DNA from: Lama glama
Lineage: Eukaryota
Length of the DNA stretch: 64,000 nt
Assembly: GCA_028534125.1 (NCBI GenBank)
Contig: CM052832.1
Location: 10,418,001 to 10,482,000 of the forward strand
Direction of reading: 5' to 3'
A model generated the notes under the pieces. It searched no databases. It was not told where the DNA came from and saw only the letters and a program-made list of their open reading frames with translations. Position numbers and translations under genes: made by a program. Shown one piece after another: positions 1-12,540 of the stretch (positions are counted from its first letter, which is position 1; the number at the start of each line of letters is the position of its first letter).

Positions 1-689
1 AATTCAATTTCAGCACTTAGTGCCTGCCTTGTGGTGGGCTCCCCGTAAATGGCTGTTGAATAAATGCTTTAGAAAGGGGCCGTCTCCATAACATCTGGGG
101 ATCTCTCGGAGGAGGGAGGTGGCTTTCACGAGCACAAATGACTTTTCTTATCTTGTTTGTGCCAAGAGAATGGGAAGTGTGGCTCTGCTTGCTTTGGCCA
201 GGCAGCCCTGTCCCCAGGGGCCACCTTAATCCCCAGCAGGAATCACTGCTGTGTTCATGTAGGGGAGGGTGGCAGGATCTCAGCAAAGTCTGCCTTTATC
301 TCTCCATCACTTTAGTAGTTGAAAGTTGGGAAAACCGAACACAGCCATGTTCTGTTAATTTTTTGACAAGAATGTGAAGTGCCTTGAGATCACTGGATAA
401 TCTTTAGGTCCTGCTGGGACACAGTTCTCAGAGGTGGTTCGTTTGGGAAAAGGAGCTAGAGAGGCCAACATTCAGAATTAAGCAGGGAAGCCAGACTGGC
501 GAGGAGCCAGGAGATGCCTAAGAGATGGGGGAGTGTCACCATCGGAGGGGAAGGCGGGGCAGGAAGAAGGGACAGGGTGCTGTCTGCAGGTGCTGCCGGG
601 GACGGACAGGGTCTCAGGTGCCCAGGAGACAGGACTGTGGGGACAAGAACAATAATCACAGTAATAATACCCATGCAGTATGGCACTAG

Positions 690-825
690 GGAGGTCAGTA
701 TGATTATCCGGCCCATTTCACAGGTGGGGAGACGGGGTTAGACAAGTGAAATAATGTCCACATTTACGCAAGTACCTGGTGGCTAAGCCAGGACCCACCC
801 CAGGTCTGGTGGACTCTAGAGCACG
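690..825 (-). mobile_element. MIR SINE fragment
   Basis: cccatttcacaggtggggagacgggg...aagccaggacccaccccaggtctggtggactctagagc resembles the reverse-complement MIR core. Confidence 0.7.
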
Positions 826-1109
826 TGGAAGGATGGAGCAGAGAAGCAATACACAGGAACGAACCGCTGGGCTGACAGCAGGAAAGGGGGGCTTGGTGGT
901 GGTGTAATAGAGCTGGAAAAGAGGGTGAACCCCTCCTGCTCGGCAGACTCGTGGTCAGCCGCTTCCCTCACCTCCCCAAACACCTGGATCCCTTTCTGCA
1001 CCCCCACACATTTCTGAGTCTGACAGAAAAGCCTGGCCTTCCCACTTTCCCATCCGCTTCTCTCATTCCCACTCCTTTCCCTACCTCAGGGCTGCGGGCT
1101 TTGGTTTTC

Positions 1110-1400
1110 TCCTTTAATCATTATTTGTTTGTTTATCTTTCCACTGGTTTTCAACCCCAGGGACAGTTCTCCTCCCCAAGCCATTTTGAATTAATTTTGC
1201 TGGGACAATTCCACAAGACAATGTATCAATTGCTGTATTAAAATCAAGATGTATTGCATCTCTCCTGTCCTTCCCGTCCCTTAATTTCTTAGTTTCCTCA
1301 AAGGCACAATCAAGTGTGTCTGGCATAATTTGTTCTTCATAAACCCAGACTGCTCACTGCATGCGCTCGCAATTTTAGAGAGATTTTTTTGGCAGTGTTT
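1110..1400 (-). mobile_element. CR1/L3 LINE reverse transcriptase fragment (frameshifted)
   Basis: Minus-strand peptides QSGFMKNKLCQTHLI and DAIHLDFNTAIDTLSCGIVPAKLIQNGLGRRTVPGVENQW match the CR1 RT motifs QHGFxKxxSCxTNL and DVxYLDFxKAFDxVxHxILxxKL. Confidence 0.85.
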
Positions 1401-1719
1401 TATTTCCATGGTACTTTTCCTTATTGTATTTGATGATTGAATCTCGATGATTAAGGTGACAGTGAAGTGGACCTCAGGCCTGAGCTCTTTCACTGAGGCC
1501 TTGCCCTGAATTTCTTCCATCCCTCGCAGTCCTCTGCGCTCTGGCTGTGACCCAGTCACACCCGCTGCCCGAGGGGTCAGGCCACCAAGAGCAGCTGGGG
1601 ACGTAAGCTAAAGGGTGCTGTGCTTTGTTCAGGATGCAGTGGACAGGCTTCAAGGATCAAAAAGGACATGCAAAACAAGGGCCCGTGGAGAATGGAGGGG
1701 AAGCTGCAAGCATGATGAG

Positions 1720-2178
1720 TGTTATGCGTTGAATTGTCAAAATTCATATTTTAATTCATGTTTTAAAGCCGTAACCCCTAGAACCCGTGAATGTGCTCTT
1801 ATTTGGAAATCGGGTTGTTTTAGTGTAATTAGTTGAGATGACGTCATTGGGGTGGGCTCCAATCCAGTACGACTGCTGTCCTTACAAAAAGGGGACATGT
1901 GGACTCAGAGACGCACACAGGTAAAACAGCACGTGAAGACGAAGGCAGGGATGGGGGTGATGCCTCTACCAGCCCACGGGCACCAAAGATTGCCAGCAAC
2001 TCACCAGGAGCTGGGAGAGAGGCATGGGAGACTCTCCTTCAGAGCCTTCCAGAAGGAACCAACCCTGCTGACACCTTGACTCAGACTTCTAGTCTCCAGA
2101 GCTGTGAGACAGTAACTTCCTGTTGTTTAGGCCACCTAGGCTGGTCCTTTGTGAAGGCAGCCCCAGGAAGCTAATGCG
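1720..2178 (+). mobile_element. MaLR solo LTR (MLT1C/MLT1B-like)
   Basis: tgttatgcgttgaattgt start, gtgaatgtgctcttatttggaaat, gaaggaaccaaccctgctgacaccttga, ends ggaagctaatgcg; imperfect 5-bp TSD atgag/atggg. Confidence 0.9.
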
Positions 2179-2181
2179 ATG

Positions 2182-2345
2182 GGTAAGAATGTGGGCTTTG
2201 CCATCAGACAGGCCTGGGTTTGGATCCCGATTCCGCATTTCATTAACCGTGCGATTTTGAGCAAGTTAATGTAACCTCTTCCAACTCCCATTGCTTCATC
2301 CAAAATGGGGTCATCCGCACACCTGTCTTAGTGGATTGGGAGACG
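2182..2345 (+). mobile_element. MIR SINE
   Basis: ggtaagaatgtgggctttgccatcagacaggcctgggtttggatcccg...ttgagcaagtta...cttcatccaaaatgggg. Confidence 0.8.
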
Positions 2346-2349
2346 TAGC

Positions 2350-2803
2350 AGCTGCTGTTGGTGTCCTGCCTGCATCCCCTCAGCCAACCTGGAGGTTACC
2401 TGCGTGTGATTCCCCTACCTGCCCTTCTGCTTTTTGCCTCTCTGCCTGACAGTGTTCTCTTGTGGCTGGAAGCGTCTGGCCTGCAGGAGGTAGAAGATGC
2501 CAAGGAGTTGATGTCCTGTGAACACCCATCGATGAGGGAACACCCCTCAGTGTTGGTGGTTAAATATCCCAGCTTCCTCTCCTCTGGGTGGGGGCAACCG
2601 TCAGCCTCGTTGTACATGGTCTCCCAGAGGCCCCTGCGGGCACCAGCCCCAGCTACCTGGAGCAGTAACTCCTTCCATGGGCTCCTCTCCCTTGATGCCT
2701 TCCTCCAGCATTCCCTCATAGTCATTGCCGGATCACTACCCAAACTACTTGCTCCCAAATTTTGGCTTCAAGGTTTGCTTTGGAAGAAAATCAAATAAAG
2801 AGA
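2350..2803 (+). mobile_element. ERVL LTR (LTR16-like)
   Basis: 3' end aaactacttgctcccaaattttggcttcaaggtttgctttggaagaaaatcaaataaagaga resembles the LTR16 terminus. Confidence 0.65.
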
Positions 2804-3484
2804 TTCTGTGTTAAAGTGCTTGGTACAGCGGGTGGTGCATGGGAAGTGCACAATCTGTTTCTGTGGGTAGATGAGCCGTTTGTGGGGCACCGAGGATGCG
2901 CAGTCTATGATGTTGGTAAGTGGAGGTGCATCGCGTACACCAAGGGTCTCCAAAGGCTTGTCCATCAGTAAAGCGTGAGTGGGGCATCTTCAAAGCCTCA
3001 TACCCTGTGTGGTCCAGTGATCTGCTCCTGTGGCCTCCTGGAGGGCGCAGGGATGGTGAACATGCAGGCATTGGAGAGGGTACTGGGGTGTGCAGCAGGG
3101 GCGACGTGTTCATATGTCACTGGGGAGAGCAGGCTATGGGAGTGGCCGCAGTGTGTGCAAATACAGCGGTGCAGAGCGTGAGGGCAGTCGGTCATCCACC
3201 AACGTTTCCAGCCCCAACGCCAGACGTGAGTGCTGGGAGGAGAGCTCATCGGACTCCTCTCCATTAGCCTGTCTGCTACAGGGAACTGGTTGGTGTATCA
3301 CCCGCGGCTGGCTGCCTGGGAACCAGGAAACCCAGCAACAGGCATGCTGCCGGCTTTGAAGGACTGTCTGCTAAGAAGAGAATGCATATTCAGAGAATTG
3401 GAAGAAGCCTCAGCTTTCATTTGAGTTGACTGGTCATTGCACGTGAGAGAAAATGAAATGACTGTGCTAGTCATTATGGAGCAG

Positions 3485-3682
3485 TGTGGACATTTTGGAT
3501 AACTCTTTATTGTGGGGGCTGTCATGTGCATTGTAGGATGTTTTCCAACATCTCTGGACTCTACCTACTGGATGCCAGCAGCACCCCCTGCCCCAGGTTG
3601 TAACAGTTGAAAATCTCTCCAAGCATTGCCAAATGTCCTGGAGGGCAAAAATCCACCCCCATCCGAACATTGAGAACCAGTG
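3485..3682. mobile_element. MER20 (hAT-Charlie MITE)
   Basis: tgtgggggctgtcatgtgcattgtaggatgtttt...ctctacctactggatgccagcagcacccc...cattgccaaatgtcctggagggcaaaa...ttgagaaccagtg. Confidence 0.85.
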
Positions 3683-3864
3683 CTGTAGAATTAACACACA
3701 TGTGTAGACACACAGAATGAACATGTGTGAACAGGAAATAGATGAGGGCACTTGCTTATTAATCCTGGATGGAGCCAGCTGGCATGGTAGTTGAGAACAG
3801 GTTTAAATTTCATTTCTCATTCACCAGCTTTGTGACCTTGGATATAAAATGAAGATCAAATCAT

Positions 3865-4350
3865 TCCACTTCTCTACTTAAAATCCTCCACTAGCTTCCT
3901 CTTGATCTTAAAATGAAATCCCTACTCCTTACCATCGTCTACCAGACCTAAATCTCTTTTTACACCCCTCTCTGCTCTCACTCGGCTCTTGCAGCCGCAC
4001 AGAGAGCTTTTCTCTTCCCCGAGTGTGCAAAGCTCTGTTCCCCCCGCAAGGCTTTTGTGCTTGCTGCTCCCCCAGCTAGGACATCCTCTCCCCAGATCGC
4101 TGTGTGTCTGGCTCCCTGTCATCTCCCAAGTCTCAGCTCAAATATCACCTCTTCAGAAATGCCCTCGCTGACCTCTGACCACCCTAACTAAAGTCGCCCC
4201 CCACCCCGTCACTCTCCGTCGCCCCATCCTGTCTCTTCATTACATGTTAACACAACCCCGGTTCCGTGCTTTCCTTTGTTCATTGTCTGTCTTCCTCACA
4301 ACAATGTAGGGTCCAGGAGAGCAGGACCTACAACAGCACTGGACAAATAA
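3865..4350 (+). mobile_element. L2 LINE 3' fragment
   Basis: cttaaaatcctccactagcttcct...tctcagctcaaatatcacctcttcagaaatgccctcgctgacc...ttgtctgtcttcc, typical L2 3' region. Confidence 0.8.
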
Positions 4351-4602
4351 TATGCTTTCATGGGTTTGTGGGAAAGATCAAGTGAGATGATAGAAAAATA
4401 ACAACAGTAGTTATAGTAAAGCATGTACAAGCATATGCCTAGAGTAAATATTCTGTGTATGTTGGTGGTAACGTATCATTTTTATCATGCAATTTAGAGA
4501 TTATCTGTCACTGTGGCTGCTGCAAATCACCCAACCTCCTCTTCACATTTTGCCAGTTGCCTGCCTTCCCAATGTAGAATCCAAAGGCACCACCTTTCCC
4601 CC

Positions 4603-4714
4603 TTGGGTGACCAACTCACTCTGGTTTGCCTGGAAATTTTCTGATTTTCATACTGAAAGTCCTGTATCTTGGGGAATTCAGTTCTGGGCAAACTGGGGCT
4701 GGTTGGTTACCTTA
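4603..4714. mobile_element. MER81/MER94-type hAT-Blackjack palindromic MITE
   Basis: Terminal inverted repeats gggtgaccaac...gttggttacc with inner ggtttgcc/ggcaaact arms and ctgaaagtcc core. Confidence 0.8.
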
Positions 4715-5899
4715 TTTCTAGCTCAAATACGAGTTCTAGTTAGGTTCAGTGGTATCTTTGACCCAGGGCTGAGTTAAATGAGAGATGTTGGGGCAGGGGG
4801 ACACCCATTTTGCCAGCGTGGTTTTGTGGTAAAGGTGATGGCCGCTTGCCATCTGTTACAGAGGGATAGATCCCCTCAGCAGGCCAGTTCTAAGGTTTCC
4901 CCCAGTATTTATTTCCAGCAGATGAGCATAAGACTATCTCTTCAGCACTTCTGGTGGTTTTGTGAGCTCTCCATATCCTTACTAAACTGCTCTCTGTTGA
5001 CCCTACCTGCTGGGGATTCTGTTGTCTGCAACTCAGAGGCTCAGCCAGCACACACAGGAGTTGTACACATCTCTTCAGTGAGGTCTACACTGCAGTAAAG
5101 AACCTCTTAAGGGATGCTTGAGATAAATCAATATCTAGACAAGCTAGGGGATTGCTCATTACCAGTCCGGTCACTTAATGAGACAAATGCCTGTGTCTGC
5201 CATTTCAAATGCCCCAGACAGAGTCTACGGTGCTGTGTGTCAAGATGTACGTTCTTCCAGTATGGTAAGGCTGTGGACACAGCCCTCCTGATTCGTGGGC
5301 ATCTGTGCCTGGGTACCAGCAGACTGGGATATCAATTACACTGGACCCTGAGTATCTCTCAGCTAGCCAGGAGGGTGGAGATATACTCCTCAGGCTGGGA
5401 GTGGGCTTGGGAAACTGACCCAGCACACAGGGTTGCCCTGAAGGCCAGGTGGTCCTGTTAGTGTGCCCACAGGGCATTTAGATCTCATGGAAAGTTAGGA
5501 CAATCGCAAGTACCAGGATATTTGGATTTAGTGAAAAAGTATCCCAAGAGAAGTTTCAATTCAGAAGGCAAGTGGAGAATCAGTCAGCCCCAGGAGCCCT
5601 GTTCACAGACAGTGGGTGGGACCTCAGGGGCCTGAACCAGCCCAGGGGAATGAGGTCAGGTGGGGTCTGAGTGAGAATTGGGGCCATCAGCCCACACCTA
5701 AGGCTTAGAGTAGAACTCAGATCAGAAGCAGAAATTAGGATTCCCTGAAAGACAATCTAGTATGTACCCTTGAATTAGCAAGAATCCTTGTAGAAATCCA
5801 CCGTTGCCTTGTATGCATGTGATTCTGAGTATGTACGCATAGTATTGTTATGGACTTGTTCTGTGTTTCACTTTTTAAACTCTTGGCACTGATTTTTAA

Positions 5900-6430
5900 A
5901 AAACTTTTGCTTTGGGGTAAATTTATTTACTAATGTATGACTTATATGCAGTAACATGCAAAATCTTAAGTGTACGACTCAATGAAATTTTTATAACAGC
6001 TTTATTGAGATTAAAACTAAATTTGTGGGATGTGAATTAAATTTCAGGAATTTTTAGTATATCCACCAGTTGTGTGGCCATTACCACTGTCTAATTCAGA
6101 ACGTTTTCATCACTTTACATAAAGAAACCCTGAGCCCATTAAGAGTAACTCCCTGTTCATCATGCCCTGCCCTTTGCCCCTGGCAACTATCAAGCTACTG
6201 TCTGTCTCTATGGATTTGCCTATTCTGGATTTTAAACTTCATAGAGATGGAACGAACTCTTCTATTTCTGGTTTCTTTCACTTGATATGATGCATATGAA
6301 GTTCATTTATGATGTCCTTTTTCATTACCCTGCAGTATTCCATTGCATGAATATATTTCAATAAGTTTACTCATTCTACCGCTGATGTTGTTTCTAGCTT
6401 TGGGCTATTGCAAGTAATGTTTCAGCACTG
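5900..6430 (-). mobile_element. Old L1 (L1M) 3' end fragments
   Basis: aacagctttattgagat, cccctggcaactatcaagctactgtctgtctctatggatttgcctattctgga, gtattccattgcatgaatata. Confidence 0.85.
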
Positions 6431-7677
6431 TCCATACAGCTGGTCAGCAACCTGGGTCCCAGATCTGGTTGGTTGCAGAAACTCAGTGGTTGAGACACAC
6501 CTGGGCCCCAGTGGTGGTCAGGCTGGGACTCTGGTCCTTAATCTGAGGAGGCTGATCCAATCCCAGGGCAGAACTGGAGGTGGTATGGTGACCTCACATG
6601 GCTTGACTGTGACTTGGGTGAAAAGGCAAAGGCAGAGATGGAGGGAGGTGCAGGATCTGGGGGAGCAGGGATGGGAGAAGGCACTTGTGTTGGAAGTTTC
6701 TCTGTCTGGCCAAGTGCTCAGGTGTCCTCTGACTTTAAGTCAAAGTTCTCCCTACTTCCCAGCCTGGCCCCAGTGAGCAACTGTGGTGGACACGAGGCTA
6801 CAGTCACTCACCTCCAGAGAGGAATCAAAGAGACGAGCAAAAAAAGACCCCTTTCCTAAGGAACTTAAATCCTACAATGACTGCAGATGGTCTCACGGCC
6901 CTGCATTGACCATGGGCACCGCGAGCTTTCACCACCACATTGCTGGCAAGGGGACGGGGCTGACACGCAGCACGACTCCAGGGCACTGTTCATGCTGTGT
7001 TCTGTGTGAAGGGGTCCCCGGGCACAACACTGACAAATAAATACAGTGTGGATGACACCCCCGCACCACTGCCCTTGAAGCAGGCTTTTGTCACTGATGG
7101 GCAGGGCCCAACCAATAGGGCTCCTGCATTTGCTCAGGCTTAGCTATGCCTTTGTAGAACCACTGAACAGAACAATATTTTCCTAGTGGCACTAAATGGG
7201 CACAGGCACCCAAGCATGTCCTCCCAATCCACAGCACTTGGGCAAATGAAGAGTGTGTATCTCCTCTGATCCAGACGCTTCACCCTGGATGTGAACCACA
7301 GCACTGATCTCATGAAGGTCCACTGGAGAGACACATACATGGATGTTCTGTGCAGTGATGCTGTGGCAGTTGGGACTGGAGGGACCATGGGTGTCCATCA
7401 CGGAGGAACAGAGCAGCAGCATGTGGCGGCAGGTCCTGTGAATTCTGGGCAGCAACCAGAAACAGTGAACTACATGGGTGTGCAGCTTCTCAGCTGGAGC
7501 TTTGGAAATGGCGCTGAGGGTGAAACAGTAAGACAAAGAACAGAGTCTATAATGCAACCCACACAAATACAACTCCAGGGTGCACCCCAAAGGATGGAGT
7601 CATCGACTATGGTGGGTATGGGGGCTGGGATTGGGGAAAGTGGATAGGAGAGGGGCCCTGATGGGCTGATGGCTGAA

Positions 7678-7756
7678 AACACACAGACACACACACACAG
7701 ACACACACACACAGACACACACACACAGACACACACACACACACACACACACACAC
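7678..7756. repeat. (CA)n microsatellite with GA interruptions
   Basis: Directly visible; followed by C4-5 runs at 7758-7779. Confidence 0.97.
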
Positions 7757-8878
7757 TCCCCACCCCCACCCCCACCCCCAGGGAGAGAGGGAGGGAGGAA
7801 GAAGACACTTCCTTTCTCCCACTTGCTCAAGGACAGCCCCTGAGCTAGAGGCAGCCAGTCTAATGGTTCAACTTGAGCTGTTGCCATTTCCTGGGAGTTT
7901 CTTTCGGGGCAGGGAGGGCCGAGCTCCGTGGTTCCCACGGCCAGAGGAGAAAGGAGTGGGCGGTGCTCTCCTCCTGCCGCTAATTGAGCCCTCACTGGGC
8001 TGGGCTAGGCTTTGTTAAGTTGCCAGTTCATCCGGGTTATGGATGAGATGCCTCCTCCTTCCTTTAGAGCTGGCTGAGATTTATACTATCTTGGGTGAAA
8101 AACCTCTCTGGGCTTCATTTTCCTTTCTGGAGCTCATTTTCTTTAAATGGGTGGGTTGGGCTCTGTTCCCCAGAGAAATTCCAAAGCTGAGAGCCTCCTC
8201 TACCCCAGTGTCCAGACCAGAGTGTCTCATGAGGGAAGTAGCTTGTAGACCATCTCATGTGCCTTCCTCCAGGCGCCACTACCCTGCCGGGCTCACCCAC
8301 CTTCAGCAAGGTCCCCACCCCGGCCCCCTGCGATCTAAGGGGTGCTGAGGCCGAGAATGGGGGATAGCACAAATGCTTTGCCGAGGTCCCAGGCAGACTC
8401 TCACAGGAATGCATGCATAGCTGGGATGTTGGTCCCGCTTGTCTATGTGTGAAAGTTTGCCCAAAGAAAGTGGACTGTGGTGCCACAAAATTGGGACGAC
8501 AATGTAGGATCATCTAGTCCAGCCATTGCCGTCTCCACGCACACAGGGAGTGGAAAAGGAAGACACGTCCCCAGGGTACGTCCCTGGCCTTAGTGGCAGA
8601 AACAGAGCAGAAGCCAGGTCTCCCAGCGTGTGTGTGCACCAAGGGCTCCTACTTTGACCTGACCCTGGACCGATCCTGTTGGGGGCAGGGGGAGGGGTAC
8701 TCTAGTTCCCACCCAGTCCTGGAGCCCAGGGTTGTGAGGTTTTGTTTAGGAAGAAAGCAAGTGAGGGAGCGAGGTGAAGAGACAAAAAGGGGCAAAGACT
8801 TCTTCACAGAGGTGGAAATTACCACAGATTGGGCAAAGTGAGGAAAGAAGAGTGGACACAGGGATGGAGAAGGAAGAG

Positions 8879-9110
8879 ACCCTTTCACAGATGGGGGCAC
8901 TGAGGCCTAAGAGGCTGTCGTGCAAGGGCAGGGTCTAGGTAGTCAGGCCTGGAAACAGGTCAGCCTGACTCCCAACACTGTCCTAGCTCAGGTTGTCATT
9001 CTCTCTGTCTCATCTGCAGGACTCCCCCAGGCAGCCCAGCACCCTGACCCCCTTGCTTACTACCCTGCCCTCTCTGCCATCATCAATTTCATGCCAAGGA
9101 CACAGCATTG
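8879..9110. repeat. Local duplication, copy 1: segment A (MIR-derived, 8879-8975) followed by segment B (8980-9110)
   Basis: A is the reverse complement of 10880-10974; B is a direct copy of 10777-10882. Confidence 0.9.
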
Positions 9111-9877
9111 TTCCTGTTCTGTAGTCAGCATTCCATCTGTAGTCTTTGCCCCATCACTGAGGTTTCTAGACTCTGTGCAGAAACCCAGACACAGCAGCCA
9201 GGACCCTCGGACAGAGAGGCCAAGCCCTTTAATCTCCCTGCAGCAGCTGGAGCTACTTGGGTGTTCAGAGGGCAGCCAGGACACCCCAGGCACACTTGAG
9301 ACACCCAGGGTCATAACAGGGGCAGCACATAGCTATTCACCTGTAAATTCATGTGCTCTTAGTTTCCTAGTTTAATGGAGGGGTAAACTGAGGCAGCCCA
9401 TGGGGAAGTGACAGATGACACAGGGAGGACAAGTCTCCCTTTGGAAAACATAGTTTCCTTGCTCAAAGAGGGTCATTGTCTGCCAACCTCAAACTGGACA
9501 TGGTCAGAGAAAAGGGGGCAAGAACCTGGGGTGGGGCCACACGTCACAGAGCACCTGGGTGGGTCCTCACAGCAGCAGCTGTCATTGGCGAGGCTGCACC
9601 CAGCAGCTCGTCCAGCCCCGAGGCTCCTTCACGTACTCCTCTCTCGAGTTCACTCTGTCTTCATCCTCAACTGTCACTTCGCATGTCTCACAGCGACAGG
9701 AGTTAAACATCTTGAAGAACTAGGGATTCATCATGTGGCAGTGTTGGCTTGGAAAGCAGTACTTTTTCAAGCCTGTCACAAACCCAGGGGCTTTTATCTC
9801 AATAGAGGATGATTACAGGGTGCATGGTGCTATTAAGGACTTAAATTCTTACATGTTACAATCTGGTGAATAAGCGG

Positions 9878-10314
9878 TATTGTGGGTTGAATTGAGCGCC
9901 CCCCCCCCAAGATATATTAAGTCCTATCCTTCGGGACCTGTGAATGTGACCTTACTGGAAATAGGGTCCTTGCAGATGTAATCAAGTTAAGATGAGGGCA
10001 TTAGGGTGGGCTCTAATGCAAAGTGACTGGTGTCCTTAGAAGAAGAGGAGGCAGAGCAATAGTGGGGAGAGGGCCATGTGAAGTCAGAGGCAGAGATTGG
10101 AGTGATGCAGCCACAAGCCAAGCAGCACCTGGAGCCACCAGAATCCAGGAGAGACGAGGAAGGATGCTCCTCTGGAGGTTTCATAGGGAGCGTGACCTTG
10201 CCAACACCTTAATTTCAGACTCCTGGCCTCCAGAACTGTGAGCAAATATGGTTCTCTTGTGTTAAGCCACCCAGTTTGTGGGGCTGTGTTACAGCGGCCC
10301 TAGGAGGAAATACA
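9878..10314 (+). mobile_element. MaLR solo LTR (MLT1C/MLT1B-like)
   Basis: acctgtgaatgtgaccttactggaaatagggtccttgcagatgtaatcaagttaagatgagg...tggcctccagaactgtgag...ttaagccacccagtttgtgg...aataca. Confidence 0.92.
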
Positions 10315-10776
10315 GGAGGAAAAAAAAATTTAAGTGGAGACAGCTTGTGGGGTGGGAGGAAGGAGGGTGCTTGATTTAAGGGGACCGTGGAATCTCTTCT
10401 CTGTGTCTACCCAGTGGATCCTCCTCTAGTTCCTTTCCTCTACCTCCCTTCAACTCTGTAGCCAGTGGATCCGCAGTCTTTAGTGAACAACACTAAGACC
10501 TGCCCCATGGACCTGGCTCTGTGCTGGAGGCCGAGAGGGACACAGCAGCTTCGAAGCTGAACTCCCACTCACAACCTCCTGGGCACCTACCTGTCGGAGC
10601 GGTCGAGGGCGTGGGCTCCAGGTCAGAGCGCTCAGCACAAGGCCCAGTGGTGCCGCAGTGCCACGCACGCCTCCCCAGTAGCTCGCCCCCTTCCCGCTCA
10701 CCCCTGCTCTGTGGTGCTGACCCTGACGTCTCAGTATCTCTCGGAAGCTCTGGGACACTTTTCAGGAAAACCACAG

Positions 10777-10974
10777 GTCCTAACCCAAGTTGTCATTCTC
10801 TCCCCCAGGCAGCCCAGCACCCCCTTGCTTACCCTCCCTCCCCCTCTGCCATCATCAGTTTCAATGCAAGGACGCAACATTGGGAGTTAGGCTGACCTGG
10901 GTTCCAGTCCTGACTGCCTAGACCCTGACCATGCACAGCCTCTTAGGCCTCAGTGTCCCTGTCTGTGAAAGGGT
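10777..10974. repeat. Local duplication, copy 2: segment B (direct) followed by segment A (inverted)
   Basis: Shared strings gttgtcattctctc, tcccccaggcagcccagcaccc, ctctgccatcatca; cagcctcttaggcctcagtg is the reverse complement of cactgaggcctaagaggctg. Confidence 0.9.
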
Positions 10975-12540
10975 ATCTCCTTGTCTGTACCTTCCTGCGC
11001 CCAGCACTGTGCCTGGCATGCATTCAGTGCCCCACAAACACTGAGTAGTTGTGTGAATACCTGGTTCTGGATGCACACAGATCCGTGTTGTTTGCTCAAT
11101 AAAAGAGGGAAGAGAGAGAGGAGGATTTCTGGATCCTAGGACTGGTTACTGGTTGAGTGGGATATGGCTGCTGCTCCACTGCCAAGGCCAGTGCACGGGG
11201 GAGAAGACGAAAGGGAGAGAGCTGTGTGGACCCAGCAGGGGACATTGCTGAGCCCAGAAGGTGCGGGGATGGGAGGGATCCCAGCCTGAGGCTGTTTCCT
11301 AAGGCAGGTGGGCAGAAATCTGGCAGTAGGTTTTGACCTCAGGTGAAAATACACATTCACACACTAATGGACACCCATGCACACCCCATCCTTGAGGCAG
11401 TAGGTACATAGGTCCCTAACACACCTGGCTCACACGCTGGTACAGTACAGGTTCTGGCTGGTTTCTCCCGACAGAATAGTAGGAGCAGGGAGGGGATCTG
11501 CCCATAGAATGGACAGGACTGTACACAGTGTGCAGCGTTGCTGAGCATCGATTGATGGGCACACTTGCTCTGCAAGTATTTGCTTATTTACTGAGATACA
11601 CAGTGTGCCAAACACTGAGCATGCCTACATAAGTAAGCCACATATGCACCAACATACTCAGGTCCCTGCAACCACATCTCTTCAGGGGCAAAACCCCACA
11701 CGTAGGCATGTTTAAAAGGATGCTTACTGCCATCACAAATGCATGCACGTATGTACACACATGCACACACTCATACATCCACAGACACCCAATAGTGGCC
11801 AATGAACTTTCTGTCTTATCCCTCATAAGAAAAGCAAAATGGGAAGCTTTTCATTTTAACGGTCAGCTCCTGGCCCAATACTATTTCCCTAGTTAATGCT
11901 CCTGGGGCTAGGGGCCAAGTGTCTGATGCAGTGACTTTTTAATGTCCATCTGGGAATCAAGAAGGAAAATGACATAGTACTAACATTTGTAACCTCTGTC
12001 TCTCCAGCACTTGAGAAAACTGGATGCTATTAAAATCACTTTAACTCTAAAGGGCATGAGTGGTGGAGACAGGAAAATCCCACAGCTGCAGCCCCGAGGG
12101 CTTCCTGAACGCTACAAGATGCCTTATGGGTTAGGAGCTCTGCACACAGGGATCTTTCAGGCTGTCTCTGCATGATTTCTCCTGCAACTGGAGTGTGACT
12201 CCAACCCAAACTGTTTGCAGCTAGTCACATCCATCCTTCTCTCAGCGCTGCCATGGGCAGCACCTCTTGGGTTCTCAGGTGAGCTCAGGTAATGGGGAAA
12301 CTAGACTCTTGCTGGGGAGTCCATCCAGCTGATGGGAGGAACAGAGCTCCTGGTTCATGTAGCTCCTGGCCTCATCAAGAGGAGAGTGACACAAATATGC
12401 TAACAAACAAGAGAGGAGAAATAGGAGTTGGAAGAGGAAGAAATATTTGTGCAGTGGGATTAGCACTTATATGAAATTTAAAAGCACGAAAAACAATTCT
12501 ATATGTTGCTTTGACTGACAGACATATGAAAAATAAAGTT

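Noticed and set aside
576..598. RE1/REST-like motif ggtgctgtctgcaggtgctgcc
   Set aside because: Wrong half-site spacing and mismatches at key positions
2810..3300. Possible CR1/L3 3' fragment and its 100-115 aa ORFs
   Set aside because: Similarity too faint to call by eye; ORFs unrecognisable
7140..7650. Overlapping 82-132 aa ORFs on both strands
   Set aside because: The minus strand reads like a GC-drifted ancient L1 3' UTR; no protein family recognised
10700..10722. RE1-like gtggtgctgac
   Set aside because: Only one half-site matches
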